From Turneriella sp. (GTDB lineage Bacteria > Spirochaetota > Leptospiria > Turneriellales > Turneriellaceae), in assembly GCA_965279515.1 (NCBI GenBank), contig CBDIID010000003.1, positions 1,600,001 to 1,664,000 of the forward strand: 64,000 bases of DNA, read 5' to 3'. Made by a program: the position numbers and the translations under genes. How positions within the stretch are numbered: the first letter of the stretch is position 1; every line of letters begins with the position of its first letter. This document shows positions 29,493-39,628 of the stretch, one piece after another. Below the pieces are notes generated by a model that worked only from the letters and a program-made list of their open reading frames with translations, did no database searches and was not told the origin of the DNA.

Positions 29493-30992
29493 TCAGAACC
29501 CAGGCAGGGAGCGGCTGGAAATCCCTGCGGCGCGCGTGCTCGCGCCGGCCTTTGCGAGTAACTCGGCGGTATCGAGACGGTTGAGTTTTTTGGCGATCAT
29601 GTAGGGTGTCCAATAATCGGCGAGCTTTACATCAAGCTGTGCCTTGCGGACGATCAGCATCTTCACGGCTTCGTTCTCACCCATATAAGCCGCATAGATG
29701 AGCGGTGTCCAGCCCTGGTAGTTGCCGTTGGGGTCTGCTCCCTGCTTCAAGAGTGAACGCACCTCGCTGCTATTGCGACCGATGATCGCATGGATGAGTT
29801 TATTGTTGAGCGCCGCATTTACGGGTATGTCACCTGCGAGATCGGCGTAATCGTCGACCGGAAGCGGCACTGGCGGCAACACCGCTTCACCGCCGCCCGA
29901 CTCTTCGCCACGATTGCGGTCGCGGAAGTGCGAGAGATGCAGAGCGATGGGTTTAATCGCACCACGCACGCAGGGATAACCCGTCTTGCAGGCATAACCA
30001 AATCCGAATGTCTTGCCATCGTCGAAATTAAATGTAAGTTCAAAATCCGGTGCCGTCACCTGAAAATCAATCTGCAACCTGTTTTTTTTACCTTTGAGGT
30101 ACGCATCTAAATCGAGGTTTGTGCCTTGGCCCGAGAGCGCACCCTCATGAAGTACCTGCCCGTCGATGCTGACCCGCGCAGTGCTGGATTTACCGTACAG
30201 CCGGAGCTTGCGGCCTGAGGCAGAATGGTAAAGGAAAACCGGGGCGCGATCAGCAGGCTGACTTCTGCCGGGATACAGCTGCGCGATGCCCTGCTTGTCC
30301 CCCTCGGAAAGATTGAAACGCATGCCGAGCGGAACTCCACTCTTAAAGAGCTCGCCCGGCAGATAATACCCCATCGTCGATTCGTGATCGAATGTAGTCC
30401 AGTTCTTGTAGGGATCGCTCTGTTTATTAAAAATCTCTTCATCTGTCTTCTGGCGGCTCCACTTGAATGTCTCCTGGAAATATTTGTAAGCTTTCTCTGG
30501 TACCCAATCAATACTACCGGCGGGGTTCTCCTGTTCGTGGTGCAGCCCCAGGGCGTGCCCAAACTCATGCTGTATTGTCGAGTCGCCCGAAATACCGGGA
30601 TAAAAACTCATGCTGTGCGCTGTCGTACTCTCCGTTCCATAGCCAACGATGGACCAACCGGCAACGCCCGGATCCTGTTTCTCGAACTTAATGAGGATGG
30701 TATGTTCTTTCTGTGTTTTGGGTTCCTGATGAAACTCAAACCTGAAATTACCGTACTTCTCCCATTCGCGCGCATAATGCTCCACCTCGCCGCGCTCTTT
30801 CTCGCTGCCGTTGACGAAATAGACTTTGATGACCTGACCCGCTTTCCAGCCGGTGGTTTTCGAAAAGATCGACCGTTCGCGGCCGCTGGCAAAAATCGGC
30901 ATACCACAAGACCGACGGTATTCGGGGGAGGTTTCCGCGGCCACGGGAAGCGACGCGAGCAATAACAGCATGAGCGGGATTTTCTTTTTCAT
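29493..30992 (-). CDS. Secreted M12 (astacin-like) zinc metalloprotease with C-terminal ankyrin repeats
   Basis: Signal peptide, HEFGHALGLHHEQ, Met-turn STMGY, LSEGD. Ankyrin motifs GADPN, GWTPLIYAA, WTPYMIA. Confidence 0.85.
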   Translation of the reverse strand: MKKKIPLMLLLLASLPVAAETSPEYRRSCGMPIFASGRERSIFSKTTGWKAGQVIKVYFVNGSEKERGEVEHYAREWEKYGNFRFEFHQEPKTQKEHTILIKFEKQDPGVAGWSIVGYGTESTTAHSMSFYPGISGDSTIQHEFGHALGLHHEQENPAGSIDWVPEKAYKYFQETFKWSRQKTDEEIFNKQSDPYKNWTTFDHESTMGYYLPGELFKSGVPLGMRFNLSEGDKQGIAQLYPGRSQPADRAPVFLYHSASGRKLRLYGKSSTARVSIDGQVLHEGALSGQGTNLDLDAYLKGKKNRLQIDFQVTAPDFELTFNFDDGKTFGFGYACKTGYPCVRGAIKPIALHLSHFRDRNRGEESGGGEAVLPPVPLPVDDYADLAGDIPVNAALNNKLIHAIIGRNSSEVRSLLKQGADPNGNYQGWTPLIYAAYMGENEAVKMLIVRKAQLDVKLADYWTPYMIAKKLNRLDTAELLAKAGASTRAAGISSRSLPGF

Positions 30993-30995
30993 CGT

Positions 30996-31589
30996 TTAAT
31001 CCTTGCAGATGGTTTTCTTTTCCTTACTCTCGTAGATTTTTGTCCTACGTATCTCTCTGTTCAGCCCGTCGCTCCAGACCTGAACGACGATTTCATAGAC
31101 CCCGGGCACTTCGCATTGCCCCTGTTGCGGTGACGATTCGAAAATATTCACGCGGTACCCATCCCCGCTTTTGACCGCTTCGCTGGGTTTCAGCCTGCGC
31201 ACAAGCACCTTATATCCATCAGGAAGCGCCAGCGCAGCCATGGGCTTGGCGCGCGTGAAGGCCATCGCAATGACGAAGTACTCGTCTTGATTCTTAAGCG
31301 GCGCAAACCTGCGGCCGAACTCGGCGCGGGTTTTATATTCGCGCTGGCTGCCAGCGGCGACTTCGATGTAGCTCACGCGCTTATGCGTCAGTTCGGCGCC
31401 CTTGATGCATTCAAGCAAGATCGGATGGCCGCTGAGCCGCGGTGAAATTTCGCCCTCGATGAAGATTTGCGCACAGCCAAAACGGTTGCGTATGTCTTCG
31501 ACGGTTTTTTCGGAAAGCGCGTCTTGCCCGGCATAGGCAGGTAGATAAAAAAAGCAGCACAGGCAAAGGAATATTCGGGAAAAATACAT
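30996..31589 (-). CDS. Exported hypothetical protein
   Basis: ORF with signal-like N-terminus MYFSRIFLCLCCFFYLPAYA, adjacent to the protease gene. Confidence 0.6.
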   Translation of the reverse strand: MYFSRIFLCLCCFFYLPAYAGQDALSEKTVEDIRNRFGCAQIFIEGEISPRLSGHPILLECIKGAELTHKRVSYIEVAAGSQREYKTRAEFGRRFAPLKNQDEYFVIAMAFTRAKPMAALALPDGYKVLVRRLKPSEAVKSGDGYRVNIFESSPQQGQCEVPGVYEIVVQVWSDGLNREIRRTKIYESKEKKTICKD

Positions 31590-31775
31590 GGTGATCGTAA
31601 ACATCCCTGCCTTTGTGCCAGCAACCGGAATATGCCTGGGAATAACCCAGGCAGGCTTTTCGCTTGACTTCGAGATGACCCATCGTCTCATAAAAGCGTG
31701 TCGCTCCGGCGCGCGTTTGAACCTTTCTCAACCTCGAACGCGGCGGCACATGGCGAAGCGATAGCAGGAGTGTAG

Positions 31776-32069
31776 ATGAATCAAAATAAACTCTATTGGT
31801 ATGGCTTCGGCGCAATCTGTGCCGGGTTTTTGTCCCCGTACCTCAGTGTGATGGCAGTTTACACGGTGCTGCCGCCGACATTTATGTTTGCCTTTTTCTT
31901 TGGGCTACCTCTTTATATCGCGGGCGTGGTACTCGTCTGGGTTTCAAAACAACGCACCGTGTTCAAAGTACTGCCTACAGTTCTGCCATGGCCGATTTTG
32001 CTTTTCTCTGCATTCGTCTGGGGAATCATCGCTCTCTTCACAACACCGGGCCTGGGCGCGCCGCGCTAA
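31776..32069 (+). CDS. Small membrane hypothetical protein
   Basis: AGGAG RBS and three hydrophobic segments. Confidence 0.6.
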   Translation: MNQNKLYWYGFGAICAGFLSPYLSVMAVYTVLPPTFMFAFFFGLPLYIAGVVLVWVSKQRTVFKVLPTVLPWPILLFSAFVWGIIALFTTPGLGAPR

Positions 32070-32091
32070 TGCGTTGCATCGCCTGTGCTGT

Positions 32092-32328
32092 TTAAAAATC
32101 CGAAACCGATCTGCCTTCGTAAATCATGGAAAATTTATCGTCAAAAACCTGGGAAGCAAAGTGCTCGGTACTCCAGTTAGAGGCGATGTTGTCGGCATAC
32201 TGCCGTGCATCCTCAAACCCCATGAAATCGTGGATCGCCAGCTTGCCGCTGTGGTCTTTGGAAACAACGCGGAAAGTTCCCCTGCGGAGCGGTTCGGATT
32301 TAGCCATGGCGAGATAAATTTCCTGCAT
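32092..32328 (-). CDS. Small hypothetical protein
   Basis: Fills the gap before the tRNA. Plausible composition, no recognised motif. Confidence 0.45.
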   Translation of the reverse strand: MQEIYLAMAKSEPLRRGTFRVVSKDHSGKLAIHDFMGFEDARQYADNIASNWSTEHFASQVFDDKFSMIYEGRSVSDF

Positions 32329-32394
32329 GGGTTCAGGGCTATCGGGCCCGACTCAGGCGGAATCGTAAACAATTTTTGAGATTTTCAGGGAATG

Positions 32395-32468
32395 TGGGCG
32401 ATGTAAGATTCGAACTTACGACCCCCTGCTTGTAAGGCAGGTGCTCTAACCAACTGAGCTAATCGCCC
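32395..32468 (-). tRNA. tRNA-Val (anticodon TAC)
   Basis: GGGCGATTAGCTCAGTTGGTTAGAGCACCTGCCTTACAAGCAGGGGGTCGTAAGTTCGAATCTTACATCGCCCA forms a cloverleaf. CCA not encoded. Confidence 0.97.
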
Positions 32469-32480
32469 TTTAAAGGAGTC

Positions 32481-32756
32481 TTACGCTGCCGGAGCGGCAG
32501 CTTTTTTCAGCAAATGCGCCGTGCGGGATTTCTTACGCGCGGCCGCATTTTTATGAACCAGGTTCTTCTTCGCAGCTTTATCAACGAGAGAAATTAACTG
32601 GCTTTGCGCTTTGATTGCCTCATCGAGCTTCTTCTCAGCGACAAGTGCGCGCAGCTTTTTTTCCTGCGTACGGATCGCAGACTTCTGCGCCTGATTTTTT
32701 GTACGGCGCTTTTCGTTCTGGCGTGTGCGCTTTTTTGCTGAAGCTATATTTGGCAT
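32481..32756 (-). CDS. rpsT: 30S ribosomal protein S20
   Basis: MPNIASAKKR...HKNAAARKKSR. Confidence 0.97.
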   Translation of the reverse strand: MPNIASAKKRTRQNEKRRTKNQAQKSAIRTQEKKLRALVAEKKLDEAIKAQSQLISLVDKAAKKNLVHKNAAARKKSRTAHLLKKAAAPAA

Positions 32757-32819
32757 TTTTTAACCTGTCCTGATCCCTATTGTGTAGGCAATATCTGGCT
32801 TTGAGTCATGGCGTCAATC

Positions 32820-33989
32820 CTACTTGAACACGCCTGACTTGTCGGTTTTTTCCCAGGTAAAAGAATTTTGCCCTTCGCGGCCAAAATGGCCGTACGCTGC
32901 GGTCGGACGATACTTGATGTTACGCAAATTCAGGGCTTCGCGGATGCCCCGCGGTGTCAGGTCAAAATTCGCTTCGATGAGCTTTTCGATTTTGTCATCG
33001 CCGATTTTTCCTGTGCCGAACGTATTCACAACGAGTGAAACGGGTTTGGCGACACCGATCGCATACGCCACCTGGATTTCACACTGGTCTGCGATGCCTG
33101 AAGCGACAACATTCTTTGCAACGTAGCGCATCATGTACGCGGCGCTGCGGTCAACCTTTGATGGGTCTTTACCGCTGAACGCGCCGCCGCCGTGACGGCC
33201 ATAACCGCCATAAGTGTCGACGATAATCTTGCGGCCCGTCAGACCGCAATCTCCGTGAGGACCGCCGACGACAAAACGACCGGTAGGATTGATATAATAA
33301 TTCGTGCCTTTGAGAAGTTCCGCGGGCAAAACCTTTTTTACGCACATTTCGATGACCTGTTCGGAGAGTTTAGCGTGCTCCACATCGGGTGTATGCTGCG
33401 TGGAAACGACAACCGTTTGAATTCCGACCGGCTTGCCTTTTTCATAGCGCACGGTGACCTGTGATTTTGCATCCGGGCGCAGGAAAGCGAGTGTATTGCT
33501 TTTGCGCAGGGCCGTCAGCTCTTCGAGAATCTTATGTGCGTAGTAGATCGGCATAGGCATGAGCGCGGCGGTTTCATTAATGGCGAAACCAAACATCATA
33601 CCCTGGTCACCCGCCCCTTCTTCCTTGTGCAGGCCGTCGCCGGTCACACCTTGGGCGATATCCTGTGATTGTTCATGCAGCAGAACGTGCACTTTTGCAG
33701 TTTTCGCGTCAAAACCGATATCATCGTGCACATAACCGATATCTCTCATGACATCGCGGGCGATCTGCTCGATCTTGTCTTTGCCGATCGAACCTTTGGG
33801 CGATGTGGAGATCTCACCCGCTACGGTCACATGATCCGTCGTGGTCAGAGATTCGCAGGCAACACGCGTTGTGTTGTCGAGGGCTAAGTAGGCATCGAGA
33901 ACCGCGTCGGAAATCTGATCGCAAACTTTATCGGGGTGGCCTTCTGAGACAGACTCAGAAGTGAATACAAAATCACGTTGTTGAAACAT
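32820..33989 (-). CDS. metK: S-adenosylmethionine synthetase
   Basis: [28 protein letters not shown]. Start ATG 33989. Confidence 0.98.
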   Translation of the reverse strand: MFQQRDFVFTSESVSEGHPDKVCDQISDAVLDAYLALDNTTRVACESLTTTDHVTVAGEISTSPKGSIGKDKIEQIARDVMRDIGYVHDDIGFDAKTAKVHVLLHEQSQDIAQGVTGDGLHKEEGAGDQGMMFGFAINETAALMPMPIYYAHKILEELTALRKSNTLAFLRPDAKSQVTVRYEKGKPVGIQTVVVSTQHTPDVEHAKLSEQVIEMCVKKVLPAELLKGTNYYINPTGRFVVGGPHGDCGLTGRKIIVDTYGGYGRHGGGAFSGKDPSKVDRSAAYMMRYVAKNVVASGIADQCEIQVAYAIGVAKPVSLVVNTFGTGKIGDDKIEKLIEANFDLTPRGIREALNLRNIKYRPTAAYGHFGREGQNSFTWEKTDKSGVFK

Positions 33990-34171
33990 GCGCTCAAACC
34001 GGAGTTTCTGACAGGTTGTAAAGGACTTTACCGGGGTTAGGCAGTTCATCCCAAACAGGTCTGCTGAGACGAAACATGCAGTGATTGTACGACATACAAC
34101 CGATTGTTTTCCAAACCGAAAAAATGCCGGCGAAAGGCTTGACGGAAGCGACGGGCAATATACAGGGCGCA

Positions 34172-35101
34172 ATGTCTGAATTGAAGAATGAGACGCAGGT
34201 TGCGCTCAAAGGCAGATTCCGCGCCCCCAATATGCGCTACTATGGCCAATTCTTTTTTCTGATCAACCAGAAGGGCGGCTATATTGATGTCGCTTCGCTC
34301 GTCATCACGGTTGGGTCTGAACTTTTTAACGCCCTGACGCCCTCAGACTCGTGGAAAAAATACGAAGCGCTGATTAACAAGCTCAAGTACGAGAATAAGT
34401 ATTCGCAGGCGATCACGAGCGAGTTCCAGGCAAAACTCAAGCAACTTTCCCTGGATAAACAATTCTTTTCCGACCTGCTGAAAGCCATGCACGGAGGCAA
34501 ACAAGAGACGCTGAATTTTCTGCTCGCGGGTTTTTATCGCCGCGTGATTAAGGACGACGAGTTCTACCTGGAATCTCACGCAGAGAAAGCAACCCTGAAC
34601 GGGGGTGAAGAAGAAAAGACCGAAGATTCTGCAGGTGCCGCGGGCGGCGAAGATCTGGGGAACTACATGCCAATAAAACTGGATCTCGACCCGATCGGCG
34701 GCAGGGACGTCAAAGAGCTGAGGCCTGGTGATAAAATTCTTGTGCGCATTCTTCCGCAAAACGACCGCGCCAACGCCTACATCGACACGGCGGGGCTGAG
34801 AACCGAAAGCGGCTTCATTAAATCGGCACCGTTCATCATCACAAGCGTCACATACCCGGGTGTCGGCGTTGAGCTTATCGGCAAAATCGCCGAAGGTGTT
34901 CATGGCCGTATCGTCGAAGAGCAGAATGTTCTCGTGCGCACAACCGAACCCGTCAAAAAACCCACATCGCAGGCTGTCGCGCAGCCGGCGCTAGCCTCGG
35001 GCACACCGGGCGATAAAAAACAAATAATGGTCATCGGCGGCGGCATTGCCGGCGCGGTGATTCTCGCAATTATTCTCTACTTTGTGATTTCAAAACTGTA
35101 A
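34172..35101 (+). CDS. Hypothetical protein with C-terminal membrane anchor
   Basis: Long ORF divergent from metK with a C-terminal TM helix. Start moved to ATG 34172 (uncertain). Confidence 0.75.
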   Translation: MSELKNETQVALKGRFRAPNMRYYGQFFFLINQKGGYIDVASLVITVGSELFNALTPSDSWKKYEALINKLKYENKYSQAITSEFQAKLKQLSLDKQFFSDLLKAMHGGKQETLNFLLAGFYRRVIKDDEFYLESHAEKATLNGGEEEKTEDSAGAAGGEDLGNYMPIKLDLDPIGGRDVKELRPGDKILVRILPQNDRANAYIDTAGLRTESGFIKSAPFIITSVTYPGVGVELIGKIAEGVHGRIVEEQNVLVRTTEPVKKPTSQAVAQPALASGTPGDKKQIMVIGGGIAGAVILAIILYFVISKL

Positions 35102-35104
35102 AAA

Positions 35105-36358
35105 TTACACGAATGTAAAGACCGTAATCTCGGGCGGACAGGCGATGCGTAGCGGAAACCAATGCCCGAGCCCACGGTTGACGTAGAGCTGAGAGCCGTT
35201 TTCTTCGTAGTGATCGATATAATATTTATATCCCCAGCGCGCGCCGTTCATCAGCGACTCGCGGTCCCGGGAAAACTGGATCTGCCCGCCATGCGTATGC
35301 CCTGAAAGCACAAGATCGACCTTTTGTGTTTTCAGAAATTCAAAATCTGACGGATGGTGGTTGAGCACAATCGTTGGGCGGTCCGCGCGCAGTTTTTTCT
35401 GCACTTCGCGGAAATAGCCCTCCGCGAGCTCGGCCCGCCGGCTGCCGAGCGGAGGATAATCCAAACCGGCAATTTGCAACAAGGCCCGGCCGCGCCTGAG
35501 TTCGAAAACTTCGTTGCGCAGCATGTTCATGCCGGCATCGCCGAAACTCTGCGCGGCCTTGTCGCCGTTATCGATATAGTCATGGTTGCCCATGATGCCA
35601 ATCACATGCCCCCAGGGCAGCAGGGCACGTAGCTGCGAGAAATATTTTCCCGCCAAGGGTAAGAATGCGTTGTTATTGTCGATGATGTCACCGGTGACGA
35701 AAACATAGTCAGGCTTCGCCTGCCGGATTAACCCCAGCGTAAAATCCAGGTACTTTTCGTGGATTAAATTGCCGATGTGGATATCCGAAAGCTGCACCGC
35801 CTTCAGCCCCTTCAGATCATCGTGCAGGTTCTTTATTTTTATCTGCTTTTCGTTTACCCAAATCTCGCGCGAGCCCAGGAACATGCCGCTGATGGCGACA
35901 GCACTTGTCGCTGCGGGCAAGAGATTGATGCCGAGCGCAGCAACGCCGCCTGCCTTGCGGAGAAAATCCCCGCGGGACATACCATCGCTGTGCTCGCGAT
36001 CGGGATCCATCACCGGCGCACCTTTAAAAATACGTTTCAGTATCATCGCCAGCAGCCAGAGGACTGAAATCGGCAAAAGCCAGATAAAATGCGAATAATT
36101 TATCGCAAGCAGAACCTTATGGATCGGGATATACCATTCCGGAAATGCGCCCGTCAGACCACGGCCGGGATACACAATCGCAAACCAGAGAATGCTTTGG
36201 CAGACGACGAGAATGGTGAAATAAACCGCACGGTAAATTTTGAAGCGCTTTGACGCGGCAAAGCGGGCAGATATTTTTTTCCAGATGACAATCTGGAAAA
36301 AAAGCAGCGACAAAGTGATCGTCGCAAATATCAGCTTAAAAGCAATGACGCGGTTCAT
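35105..36358 (-). CDS. Membrane metallophosphoesterase (YkuE/YaeI-like)
   Basis: SDIH, TGD, GNHD, NHHP, GHTHGGQ. Confidence 0.92.
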   Translation of the reverse strand: MNRVIAFKLIFATITLSLLFFQIVIWKKISARFAASKRFKIYRAVYFTILVVCQSILWFAIVYPGRGLTGAFPEWYIPIHKVLLAINYSHFIWLLPISVLWLLAMILKRIFKGAPVMDPDREHSDGMSRGDFLRKAGGVAALGINLLPAATSAVAISGMFLGSREIWVNEKQIKIKNLHDDLKGLKAVQLSDIHIGNLIHEKYLDFTLGLIRQAKPDYVFVTGDIIDNNNAFLPLAGKYFSQLRALLPWGHVIGIMGNHDYIDNGDKAAQSFGDAGMNMLRNEVFELRRGRALLQIAGLDYPPLGSRRAELAEGYFREVQKKLRADRPTIVLNHHPSDFEFLKTQKVDLVLSGHTHGGQIQFSRDRESLMNGARWGYKYYIDHYEENGSQLYVNRGLGHWFPLRIACPPEITVFTFV

Positions 36359-36362
36359 CGTG

Positions 36363-38732
36363 TCAGGATTTTTTTACCGGACGCTTTGCTGCCGCGGCTT
36401 TCTTTGCTGCCTTCGCCACCGGCTTCACTTTGGCGGGCTTCTTTTCAGCCACGGGTGTTTCCGGCTTTTTTAAAGGACCTTTCGTTATCTTATCGATTTC
36501 CAGTTTATCGTCCTTGCGCGTGATGAGCACTTCATCGCCCGCTTTCACGCGGTCGTCGATGATCGCATCGGTGATGATGTCACGCAGGGTATCCTGGAAG
36601 AGCCGCGCCATCGGCCGCGCGCCCATCACCGGATCATAACCTTTCTCGGCGAGGTAAGAGCGCGCCGCAGCGGTGAGGGCGATGGTAATCTCTTTTTCAA
36701 CGAGCTGCGTGTTGAGCAGGGCGAGGTTCTTATCGACAATCTTGTCGAGCACGCCGTCGGCGAGGCGGTCAAAGACCACCACGTCGTCGAGACGGTTCAG
36801 GAATTCGGGTGTAAAGAACGTCTTCAGTGCCGACTTGACGTGCGCGGCGCCTTTGGACTTGTCTTCAAAACCGATGCGCGCGGTATTGAGCTCGGAAGAA
36901 CCCGCATTGGACGTCATGATCAGCAGCACATGGCGGAAATCCGCCTTTTTGCCTGTCGCATCGGTGACGGTCGCATAGTCCATGATCTGCAGCAGGGTGT
37001 TGAAGACGTCGGGGTGGGCCTTCTCGATCTCGTCGAGCAGCAGCACCGAGCGCGGGTGCTTGCGTATCTGGTCGGTCAGCTGCGCGCCCTGATCGAAACC
37101 GACATAACCCGGGGGTGAACCCAACAGCCGCGAGATCGAATGTTTCTCCATATACTCGCTCATGTCAAAACGGATGAGCTCCACGCCGAGTTCGGCAGCA
37201 ATCGCGCGCGTGAGTTCTGTTTTACCGGTGCCGGTGGGGCCGGTGAAGAGAAAACTGCCGATTGGTTTCGTTTTATTGCCAAGGCCCGCGCGGTGGCGTT
37301 TGATCGCGCGCGCGATTTTTTCGACCGCCGCATCTTGCCCGTAGATTTTCTTTTTCAGATTATCGGCGATGGATTTCAGGCCCGCGCCTTCGCTGCCGCT
37401 ATATTGCTCCAGGTTGACGTTCGCGAGGCGCGAAACAATACCCCTGAGATCGTTTTCTGTTACCTCACGCTGCTCGGGCTTATAGATATGCAGAGAAGCA
37501 CCGGCTTCATCGACAACGTCGATGGCTTTATCGGGCAAATAGCGTTCGTTGATATGCTCAGCCGAGAGATCGACTGCGCGGCGCAGAATTTCATCCGAAT
37601 AAGAAACCTCGTGGTAGTCTTCATAGAGTTTGCGCAGGCCTAAAAGAATCGCATAGGCGTCGTCGGCGCTCGGCTCGCCGATATCAACTTTCTGGAAACG
37701 GCGCGAGAGCGCGCGGTCTTTTTCAAAGTAGCGGCGGTATTCTTCGTAGGTTGTCGCCCCGACGCAGCGCATGTCGCCGCGCGTCAGCACGGGCTTCAGC
37801 ATATTCGCCGCGTCCATGCTGTCGCCGCGCGTGGCACCGGCGCCGACGATCTGGTGTATCTCGTCGATGTAGAGAATGACTTTCTTCTTCGCCGAAAGCG
37901 CGGCGATGATCGCCTGCATGCGTTCTTCAAAGTCGCCGCGGTAGCGTGTGCCGGCAACCAGCGAGCTGACGTCGATCGAATAGATCTGGTAACCCTTGAT
38001 GCGGTCGGGTACATCACCATCGACAATCTTTTGCGCAAGTCCGCGCATGATCGCCGTTTTACCGACGCCGGGCTCGCCCACGTGCAACGCATTATTCTTA
38101 TTGCGGCGGCAGAGAATCTCCATCGTGCGGTTGAGCTCGGGTACGCGGCCGATCAGGGCATCGTATTTGCCGGCAGAGGCTTCAGCCGTCATATTGACGG
38201 TGAATTGTTTGAGAATGCGTTCGGGATCATTTTGCCCTGCAGATGCCTGGCCTTCTTCACCGGCGTTTTCCGCGACCTCACCATGCTCGTCACCCGCAGG
38301 TGCCCCCGTATGGGGTGTCATGCCATGGGTGATGTAACGCAGCACGCGTGCGCGGGTAATATTTTGTTTTTCCAGAAAGTAGACGGCGTATGAATCGCGC
38401 TGCCTGAAGATGCCGTCGAAGATGTCAGCGATCGAGAGCTCGCGGTTATTATTCAGAATCAGGCGCACGAGCAGCATTTCGCGAAAATTGGCCAACGCCG
38501 CCGACTCGGCGATCTCAGATGCGGACTCGAGATCCTGATCATAGGTCTGTATGTGGTTGGTGAGGTCGCGGCGCAGCTCTTCGACATTGCAGCGCAGGTC
38601 ACGCAGAATCTCGAGGCCTGCGTCGTCTTCGGTCACCGCGAGCAAAAGGTGCTCGAAGGTGATAATTGAGTTCTTGTGGTCGCGCGCAATATCGAATGCA
38701 CGCTGGTGTATTTTTTCTACGGAATTAGCCAA
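36363..38732 (-). CDS. clpA: ATP-dependent Clp protease ATP-binding subunit ClpA
   Basis: Two AAA+ modules (GEPGVGKT, GPTGTGKT), no ClpB middle domain, downstream of clpS. TTG 38732 after AAGGAG. Confidence 0.93.
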   Translation of the reverse strand: MANSVEKIHQRAFDIARDHKNSIITFEHLLLAVTEDDAGLEILRDLRCNVEELRRDLTNHIQTYDQDLESASEIAESAALANFREMLLVRLILNNNRELSIADIFDGIFRQRDSYAVYFLEKQNITRARVLRYITHGMTPHTGAPAGDEHGEVAENAGEEGQASAGQNDPERILKQFTVNMTAEASAGKYDALIGRVPELNRTMEILCRRNKNNALHVGEPGVGKTAIMRGLAQKIVDGDVPDRIKGYQIYSIDVSSLVAGTRYRGDFEERMQAIIAALSAKKKVILYIDEIHQIVGAGATRGDSMDAANMLKPVLTRGDMRCVGATTYEEYRRYFEKDRALSRRFQKVDIGEPSADDAYAILLGLRKLYEDYHEVSYSDEILRRAVDLSAEHINERYLPDKAIDVVDEAGASLHIYKPEQREVTENDLRGIVSRLANVNLEQYSGSEGAGLKSIADNLKKKIYGQDAAVEKIARAIKRHRAGLGNKTKPIGSFLFTGPTGTGKTELTRAIAAELGVELIRFDMSEYMEKHSISRLLGSPPGYVGFDQGAQLTDQIRKHPRSVLLLDEIEKAHPDVFNTLLQIMDYATVTDATGKKADFRHVLLIMTSNAGSSELNTARIGFEDKSKGAAHVKSALKTFFTPEFLNRLDDVVVFDRLADGVLDKIVDKNLALLNTQLVEKEITIALTAAARSYLAEKGYDPVMGARPMARLFQDTLRDIITDAIIDDRVKAGDEVLITRKDDKLEIDKITKGPLKKPETPVAEKKPAKVKPVAKAAKKAAAAKRPVKKS

Positions 38733-38773
38733 CCAAAGCTCCTTGCCCAAAATGGTGCTTCAAAGAATGAACC

Positions 38774-38870
38774 GCAAAGGCAGCGAAGTTACGCAAAGTT
38801 CCGGATAAGCAGGCAACCTGGCAAGCCAGCCACTGCATGAAATAACTTTGCGTAACTCTGCGTACTTTGC
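38774..38870. repeat. 27-bp imperfect inverted repeat (CGCAAAG-periodic) between clpS and clpA
   Basis: GCAAAGGCAGCGAAGTTACGCAAAGTT ... AACTTTGCGTAACTCTGCGTACTTTGC. The inner 14 bp are perfect. Confidence 0.75.
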
Positions 38871-38899
38871 ATTTTTCCTGAATATTCATGCTCATACTA

Positions 38900-39205
38900 T
38901 CATTCCGGTTCAGTTTTGCACGCAAGGGGAAATCCCTCTTGTTCTGCATGCGCCATTACCTGTTTTGATTTAGTCTCGGCCACTTCGCGGGGGTAAATGC
39001 CGGCGATGCCGCTGCCGTTATTGTGGACATCGAGCATGATACGCTTCGCCTCGTGTTCGTTTTTTTGAAAGTATTTCTGCAAAATATAGATCACGAACTC
39101 CATGGTGGTGTAGTTGTCGTTGAGTAAGATCACCTTATAGAGCTTGGGTTTCTTTGCCCGGGTGAGTACATCTGATTCGTCATCGTGCCGCGCACCCGTC
39201 GCCAT
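38900..39205 (-). CDS. clpS: ATP-dependent Clp protease adaptor ClpS
   Basis: YKVILLNDNYTTMEFV, MLDVH, EVAETK, FPL. Confidence 0.96.
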   Translation of the reverse strand: MATGARHDDESDVLTRAKKPKLYKVILLNDNYTTMEFVIYILQKYFQKNEHEAKRIMLDVHNNGSGIAGIYPREVAETKSKQVMAHAEQEGFPLACKTEPE

Positions 39206-39284
39206 ACCTATGAAATATAACACAATATAAGGGGGGAATCAAAAATATCTTGAAACGCCGACTTTCCTTTGGATTCTGGCGGGA

Positions 39285-39626
39285 ATGGATAAGGTGCAGA
39301 TTAAAGACGTCGCCGTCGGACAAGCCATCGCCTACCTGCACGGTCGCCTCGACGTTGCGGTTTCGGGCGAGGTCGAAGAACATCTCTTAAAGACCATCGA
39401 TACCAAGGCGATTAAACACCTGATTCTCAACATGGCAGACGTCGAATACATGTCATCCTCGGGCTTTCGCGTCATGATCGCGCTGCTGCGCAAACTCAAA
39501 GACCTCAAGGGCTCGCTGAAGATCTGCTGCGTGCGCCCTGCGGTGAAACGCATCTTCGACGTCATTGAACTGACCACCCTCTTCGACATGTTTGAAACCG
39601 AAGAAGCGGCAATCGCCGCCAAATAA
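39285..39626 (+). CDS. STAS domain anti-sigma-factor antagonist
   Basis: GRLD, VEYMSSSGFR. Confidence 0.92.
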   Translation: MDKVQIKDVAVGQAIAYLHGRLDVAVSGEVEEHLLKTIDTKAIKHLILNMADVEYMSSSGFRVMIALLRKLKDLKGSLKICCVRPAVKRIFDVIELTTLFDMFETEEAAIAAK

Positions 39627-39628
39627 TA

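Noticed and set aside
1..32468. Genomic island integrated at the tRNA-Val 3' end (accessory genes lie on that side)
   Set aside because: No integrase, transposase or duplicated tRNA 3' end seen in the window, and no obvious compositional break. An att site beyond the window cannot be excluded.
33990..34172. SAM riboswitch or long N-terminal extension upstream of metK
   Set aside because: No SAM-I/II consensus recognised. The extension overlaps the divergent promoter region and lacks MetK similarity.
35930..35990. Internal Tat-like motif (SRGDFLRK) in the metallophosphoesterase
   Set aside because: An internal RRxFL-like segment is common in this membrane phosphoesterase family, so it is not novel.
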